Origin: Eledone cirrhosa
Taxonomy: Eukaryota
Assembly: GCA_964016885.1 (NCBI GenBank)
Contig: OZ024747.1
Coordinates: 12,896,001 to 12,960,000 of the forward strand
Direction of reading: 5' to 3'
Length of the DNA stretch: 64,000 bases
Part shown: positions 56,668 to 64,000 of the stretch, piece by piece
How positions within the stretch are numbered: position 1 is the first letter of the stretch
Layout: every line of letters starts with the position of its first letter
Translations under genes and position numbers: made by a program
Notes under the pieces: generated by a model
Databases searched by the model: none
Seen by the model: the letters and a program-made list of their open reading frames with translations, nothing else
Told to the model about the DNA's origin: nothing

Positions 56668-57165
56668 GTGTATAAATATATGTATATATATATATATATA
56701 TGTATAAATATATATATATATATGTATATATATATGTATTATATATATATATATGTATATGTATATATGTATATTGTTATACTTGGGGAGGGTCATATTT
56801 GTGTAATATTGCCAGAATTAATATATGTATAAATATGTATATATGTATAAATATATATATATATGTATATATATATGTATAAATATATATATATATATAT
56901 GTATATATGTATAAATGTATATATATATGTATATATGTATAAAATTATATATATATATATGTATATAAATATATGTATATATATATATGTATATATATAT
57001 GTATAAATATATATGTGTATATATATATGTATAAATATATATGTATATATATATATGTATATATATATGTATAAATATATATATGTATATATATATGTAT
57101 ATATATATGTATAAATATATATATGTATATATATATGTATAAATATATATATGTATATATATATG

Positions 57166-57240
<75 letters not shown>

Positions 57241-57446
57241 AAATATATATATATATATATATATGTATAAATATATAGATATATATATGTATATATATAT
57301 GTATAAATATATATATATTTATATGTATATATATATGTATAAATATATGTATATATATATGTATAAATATATGTATATATATATGTATAAATATATATAT
57401 ATATATATGTATAAATATATATATATATATGTGTATAAATATATAC

Positions 57447-57810
57447 GACCGTGACTTCTGGCGTCACGCAGTAATACAGGGTACCCGACCTCCCATGGGT
57501 ACATGCTGAAGCATATAAACAATATGCCCCCACTCCCCCCACCGCAAGGTGGGCGTGGAGGTGCCACGGCAAAAAAGCACCCAGCCCACACTGTAAAGTG
57601 GACGTGTAGGTGCCACGAAAAAGCACCCAGCACTCACTGTAAATGAGGTTGGTGTTAGGAAGGGCATCCAGCTGTAGAAATCAAGCCAGATCAGTTCCTG
57701 TATGAGCAAGGCATGGTCAGCCGACCAGACACTGCCCACAACAGGACAACCCGTCTAACCCATGCTAGCGTGGAAGAACGGACGTAAAACGGTGATGATG
57801 ATGATGATGA
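57447..57810 (+). mobile_element. RTE-tail repeat, young copy
   Basis: Tandem ggtgccacg..aaaagcacccag modules, ggtgttaggaagggcatccagctgtagaaa, acccgtctaacccatgctagcgtggaa and (GAT)n. Confidence 0.8.
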
Positions 57811-58100
57811 TATGTATATATGTGTATATATATGTATATATATATTTATATATGTGTATAAATATATATTTATGTATATATGTATGTATATATATGTGTA
57901 TAAATATATATGTATGTATATATGTGTATATATTTGTGTATATATATGTGTGTATTTATGAGTATATATATATGTGTGTATATATATATGTGTGTATATG
58001 TGTGTGCATGTATATGTGTGTGCATGTATATATGTATGTATATATATGTGTGTGCATTCATACATGTGTGTATATATATATATATATGTTTATATATATA

Positions 58101-58705
58101 TCATCATCATCATCATCATCGTTTAACGACCATATTCCACGCTTGCATGGGTTTGGACGGGAGTTTTCCCACTTGAGGCAAGAGTGGTTGTCTTGCTCGC
58201 ATAGGACTGTCTGGCGGGTTTTCTACAGCTGGATGCCCTTCCTAACACCAACCACGTTTACAGTGTGGAACTGGGAGGTTTTTACCGTGTTACCTACACG
58301 GCCACATTACAGCGTGAACTGTGTGTTTTTTTGTCGTGACACCTACACGACCTCATTTGTTTCGGGCTGGATGTTGTGGGACCAACATAACTTTACATTG
58401 AAAGGGGTGGTGTGGATGGCGTGGGGGTAGTGGGAAGGGGGGTGTATTTTGTTAGAGGTGCCTACTGACTGTAGTAGGTTTCACTTTGCACTTAGGTAAG
58501 GCGGGTCTTCTCTATTACTGTGTAGCGCCAAAGATCTCGGTCCAGTGACATTGTCTTGGAGAGGTGTAAGTGTGTGAGGTCGGAATTTATCAAGTCGTCC
58601 CAGGTTTTTCTGGGTCTGCCTACTCCGTGGCTACCGTCTATTTTTATTGCCCTGCACTTTTTTATACAGCTGTCGTCTTTCATGCGCATCGCGTGACCAT
58701 ACCAA
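58101..58705 (-). mobile_element. 5'-truncated RTE LINE (long 3' UTR family)
   Basis: RWYGHAMRM...GRPRKTWDD...[16 protein letters not shown], then a ~370-nt UTR and (GAT)n. Confidence 0.85.
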
Positions 58706-58841
58706 CGTATATATATATATATATATTCACACACACACACACACACACACACATACATGTATATATATATATATATGTGTTTCAGTCAATCCATCAATAA
58801 ACTAAAATTGATTTTCCTCCACATCCTGTCCTCAACATCAC

Positions 58842-58842
58842 T

Positions 58843-58877
<35 letters not shown>

Positions 58878-58925
58878 TTATTACCTTATTTTTATTTTAT
58901 ATATTTATTTATTTATACCTTATTT

Positions 58926-58960
<35 letters not shown>

Positions 58961-59610
58961 TTATTACCTTATTTTTATTTATTTATTTATTCATACCTTA
59001 TTTTTATTTATTTATTTATTTATTTATTATTACCTTCTTTTTATTTATTTATTTATTTATTTATTATTACCTTATTTTTATTTATTTATTTATTTATTTA
59101 TTATTACCTTATTTTTATTTATTTATTTATTTATTTATTATTACCTTCTTTTTATTTATTTATTTATTTATTTATTATTACCTTATTTTTATTTATTTAT
59201 TTATTTATTTATTTATTATTACCTTATTTTTATTTATTTATTTATTTATTTATTATTACCTTATTTTTATTTATTTATTTATTTATTTATTATTACCTTA
59301 TTTTTATTTATTTATTTATTTATTTATTATTACCTTATTTTTATTTATTTATTTATTTATTTATTTATTATTACCTTATTTTTATTTATTTATTTATTTA
59401 TTTATTATTACCTTATTTTTATTTATTTATTTATTTATTTATTATTACCTTCTTTTTATTTATTTATTTATTTATTTATTATTACCTTATTTTTATTTAT
59501 TTATTTATTTATTTATTATTACCTTATTTTTATTTATTTATTTATTTATTTATTATTACCTTATTTTTATTTATTTATTTATTTATTTATTATTACCTTA
59601 TTTTTATATA
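58842..59610. repeat. (TTTA)n-derived higher-order repeat (~33-41 bp unit with ttattacctta)
   Basis: tttttatttatttatttatttatttattattacctta repeated about 20 times. Confidence 0.9.
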
Positions 59611-59886
59611 GTTATTTATATTTTTATTTTCTTTCTTTCTCCTTCTTTGTCTTTAGAGACAGGAATTCTCCATAAATACAGTCTCTTCTTTTTACCCTGG
59701 TTCACTCATTTCTGACCACTTTCCCCCACAGACTCACGTGCTTTTCCAGTGCTGTTGTTGTCATCATCACTGTCATCATAGTTAAAGATGCTGCTACTGC
59801 TATCTACCATCACTGCCATCCCTATTTTCACTGCTACTACTACTATTACTACTATTACTATTACTGCTGCTGCTGCTTCTGGTGCA

Positions 59887-59917
<31 letters not shown>

Positions 59918-60124
59918 TTGTTGTTGTTATTTATTTTCCTGAAGAAGAGCGACACTGTTGTTGGCTGATGCTGCCACTGACGCTATCGTTGTGCCAAGAA
60001 CAAATGTATTCCATCACATGCGAATAGATTTACCTCTCCTCACTCTATAACATATATGTATATACATAGATATATATTTATATATAGGTGTGAGTGTGTG
60101 TGTGTGTGTGAGAGTGTGTTTGTT

Positions 60125-60157
<33 letters not shown>

Positions 60158-60818
60158 TTAGTGGGTGGTGATAGACAAGATTTTTAACCATCTCCACTAA
60201 CACCACCTGACCGAATCGGAGGAGGGGTAACTTCTATCATGAAGTAATCACTGTCACCATTTAAGCTAATCCTCTTTCCAAGGATACTTTGATCATTACA
60301 AAAGGAAAATATGATGCCGAACTACCTGAACTTCTGTTAAAAAAAGGTCAAACTCAAATCCGGCTTTGTCCCCCTGCTGCCCCTTTTTCTTTCTTTTTCT
60401 TTCTTTCTCTGTTTCCTCCCTCTATATTTTGTACTCCCCTACCCTACCATTGCACTGTTGTGATGCAGTCAGTATTTTGCTACAACAGGTTCCCTTGTGG
60501 TTTTAGCACTTCAAGAAGATTTCCGCCGTTAATCACTCAGCAAGGACCTTACTACACTGGGTGGAAATTTTGTTGACAGAAGCTTTCATTGCCACTTTGT
60601 CTACTGTATGTTTGGTGTGGGCGTGTGTATGTTGTGTCAAGGATGTTGTCGGTCTATCAACCATTGCTAATATGTCATTATCCATATGAGCAGCCCTGCC
60701 TTGTCCTTCTCTGCCATCAGTTACACTACCACAACTACTTGTGAAACAACTATTTAGTGCTGGTTTATTTTCTTGTGTCACCATCAGTACATCCTATAGT
60801 TCCACTGGTAGTCTCGCC

Positions 60819-60855
60819 ATGCTTGAACGTTTTAGGATGTTGATAGTGGAAGCAG
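60819..60855 (+). CDS. Candidate alternative first coding exon (MLERFRMLIVEA-G) of an N-terminally short isoform
   Basis: gtctcgccATG start context and strong CAG|GTAGGT donor at 60855|60856 in phase 1, the same phase as the end of exon 48161-48279. Lies at the end of a ~1.2 kb stretch with no recognisable TE. No homology support. Confidence 0.3.
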
Positions 60856-61075
60856 GTAGGTTTTTACACCTTTTATTCTATTTTTCTCATTCATTTATTT
60901 CTTTACTATGTGTTTCTTTTTTTTTTAGTTTTTGATATTTTTTGATATTTTTTTATATTTTTTTTTATATCTTCTCTTTGTACCGAAGGTTTCGGGTAAA
61001 CGTACACCTCGCTGTGTATATCTGTGTACACAGAAATAAGCTACTGTGTATATATGTATGTATGTACATACATGA

Positions 61076-61115
<40 letters not shown>

Positions 61116-61167
61116 ACTAATAAACCTTTGTTCGTACTGCCTCTCTGTTTTGTTCCCGTTCCATTTT

Positions 61168-61214
<47 letters not shown>

Positions 61215-61299
61215 ATATATATACAGGTAACATACACACACAAGCAGCACAACACCTTTGTTGTGCCTATTTCTGTAATATATACATACAAATACATAT

Positions 61300-61466
61300 A
61301 TGCGTGTTTACACAGGCATATCTATCTATCTATCTACCTATCTATCTATGTACCTATCTATCTATAATTTATATATAGATATATAGATATGTACATATAT
61401 ATATACACATATATATACATTTATATATATACATTTGTATGTATATATATATATATATAAATATAT

Positions 61467-61497
<31 letters not shown>

Positions 61498-61555
61498 CAT
61501 GTGTATATATATGTGTGTATATGTATGTGTGTATGTGTATATATATATGTATGTG

Positions 61556-61586
<31 letters not shown>

Positions 61587-62296
61587 GTATATATATATGT
61601 ATATATGTATGTGTATATATATATGTATATATGTATGTGTATATATATATATATATATATGTATGTATATATGTGTGTGTATATATATATGTGTGTGTAT
61701 ATATATATGTGTGTGTATATAAATATGTATGTATATATGTGTGTGTGTGTGTATATATATGTGTGTGTATATATATATGTGTGTGTATATAAATATGTAT
61801 GTATATATGTGTGTGTGTGTATATATATGTGTGTGTATATATATATATGTGTGTGTATATATATACCTGTGTGTGTGTATATATATGTGTGTATATATAT
61901 GTGTATATATATATGTGTGTATATATATGTGTATATATATATGTGTGTATATATATGTGTATATATATATGTGTATATATATATGTGTATATATATATAG
62001 TGTGTATATATATAGTGTGTATATATATGTGTGTATATATATGTGTGTATATATATGTGTATATATATGTATATATATATATATGTATGTATATATGTAT
62101 ATATATATATGTATGTATATATGTATATATATATATGTATGTATATATGTATATATATATATGTATGTATATATGTATATATATATATGTATATGTATGT
62201 ATATATATGTATGTATGTATATATATATGTATATATGTATGTATATATGTATATATATGTATGTATATATGTGTGTACACACACACACACACACAT
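61300..62296. repeat. (TA)/(TG)-variant microsatellite field
   Basis: Direct inspection of the sequence. Confidence 0.9.
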
Positions 62297-64000
62297 TTAA
62301 GAATGGTGCTAATTATGGCTAGTACATTCATTATCCCTTTTAGGGCAGGACTACAAATGAAGTACCTTCATATAAACTGTAAATCGGGGAATAAATAATT
62401 ATAAATAAAATTATATTTTTCCCTATTTTGATTTTTACATTTATCTATATTTAGTTTTAGGTATTTTCATAGTAAAGAATGTTTTATTGTTAATATCAGT
62501 TCTAATAAGTTACTGTCGTAGTTAGAAGAATGAACAATCTCAATCTTGAGTTAAGGTTGAACAGGTATATCAGCTTTACCACCCCACACTGACATATGAG
62601 TACTCTTTCACACCCTCCTCTCTCTCACACTGATACACATTGGCATAATAACGTATTATATTTTTGTGACATGCATACTAAAATCTAGTCTGTCTGTCAT
62701 TACCTCATTAAATGAACACTGTTGTAATTCTATAGACTGTCACCTACTTAGCTTGGAATCACTTGTCAGATTTTCATCTATTCTTCATCATGTGTTTAAT
62801 GAGAACTTAAAACAAATGATATAGCTAAACTGAATGTATGTTATGTTTTCCTTAGAAGTAGTCACTCTCTCTTCATGTCATTTACTATAGAAGTATTTTT
62901 ATAGTATAGTAATACTATGAACTTATCAATAGTATATATGACTATTTTTGGAAGCTGTCGTTGGAACTCTCTTCCTCTTCTTTACTATAGAGATAATAAT
63001 AATAATAACAATGATTTCTTACATCGGCATACTCAGAAATTTGGAGTCGGAGAACAGTTGATTATATTGACCCTAGTATTTAACTGGTATTATTCTAATG
63101 ACCCCGGAATGACAATGATGATGATGTTAATGATTTCTTCATCTGGCACAATGCCGTACATTTGCGTATGTTTGTGATAATGTATGGATTACATATATAT
63201 TCTATAAAACTAACCCTAGCATATTACAGGTATTTCTTTTATTAATTCTAGAAGGATGAAAAGCAGAGTCGGCCTTTCTAGGATTCAAACTCAGAATGTA
63301 GAGAGAAAAAAACTAAATATTGCAAAATAATTATTGGCCCAACATTTCTGATGATAATAATAATAGTAATAATGATAAATCTTCATATAATGCTATAGGA
63401 CTGATTATTATCAATACTTTTCTGGTATTTATTTTATCAAGCCTGAGATATGAATAGCTAATACTATCCCTTAAGATTGATACTTAAATGGGTTATTTAT
63501 TTATTTGTTTATTCATTTATTTATATATATTAGGAGAGGGTGTTAGTAAAAGGAGATGGTGTGGGTCCATCAATATTCCTGTAGTGGACTGACACACAAA
63601 ACATTGCCACAAACGATTCCTGGACCAATTTATTAACACAGCCATGACATAGATGTTGCTTCACCTGTTGCTTCAACTGCCTTTGTCCTGATGGTGTTGA
63701 AAACTCTTCTCAATTTATCAGTGACACCAGTTGTTTCTGTTGCTCCCAGTTAAAAGAAACATCTATCTAGCAGTGATATCTGTTTCTGCCACTTTTCTGC
63801 ATCCTTGGCCCCTCATTTCAACAGTATTCAAACGGTGGATCACAGCCTTTAAGCTGTTGCAATCACTGAAATTGTTGTTGACTATGGTGTCCCAGACCAA
63901 TGAGTGACCTGAAGCACACTGAAAACAGTAGCAATAATTGTTGGATGAAACTAAATACTGAATGACATTTAACCTTGTGCACTTCTGTTTTTGCCACTAC

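Noticed and set aside
58757-59611. 284-aa hydrophobic (LFIY) ORF resembling a membrane protein
   Set aside because: Translation of the (TTTA)n-derived repeat.
59788-60027. Poly-Thr/Ala/Val ORF
   Set aside because: Trinucleotide microsatellites (ACT, GCT, GTT) with no splice or domain support.
60533-60784. 83-aa minus-strand ORF
   Set aside because: No recognisable motif, antisense to the host gene, and a length expected by chance.
63540-64000. Higher-complexity stretch at the window end as an exon or TE ORF
   Set aside because: No ORF of 60 aa or more in the track and no motif recognised; possibly a decayed TE, but unsupported.

Overview
Eukaryotic, very AT-rich intronic DNA. The repeat landscape (huge (TA)n-derived arrays, tRNA-type SINEs, RTE LINE tails ending in (GAT)n) suggests a coleoid cephalopod such as Octopus; this is inferred, not verified. 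Two phase-compatible + strand coding exons (19206-19418 and 48161-48279, joined by a ~28.7 kb GT-AG intron) encode the Rab27-binding Slp-homology domain (FYVE-like Zn finger plus SGxW motif) of a synaptotagmin-like protein / exophilin-family gene. A candidate internal first exon lies at ~60.8 kb. The rest is repeats: CR1, RTE and R4/Dong-like LINE fragments, SINEs, piggyBac- and mariner-type MITEs, three minisatellites and more than 20 kb of (TA)n-variant arrays. Almost all long ORFs in the ORF track are microsatellite artefacts. The most striking signal is a dense set of ~10 hammerhead-ribozyme (HHR) loci of the Penelope-like-element (PLE) type. Nearly all sit in small islands inside or beside (TA)n tracts and several are perfect or near-perfect fold-backs. 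A 5'-truncated PLE with an open GIY-YIG ORF and inverted pseudo-LTRs lies at 54.1-55.3 kb. Some cores are non-canonical (U3-A8 covariant, recurrent U4C, U.U closure of stem II), and sense-strand copies tend to carry catalytic-core mutations. All structures were read by eye and need computational and biochemical confirmation.
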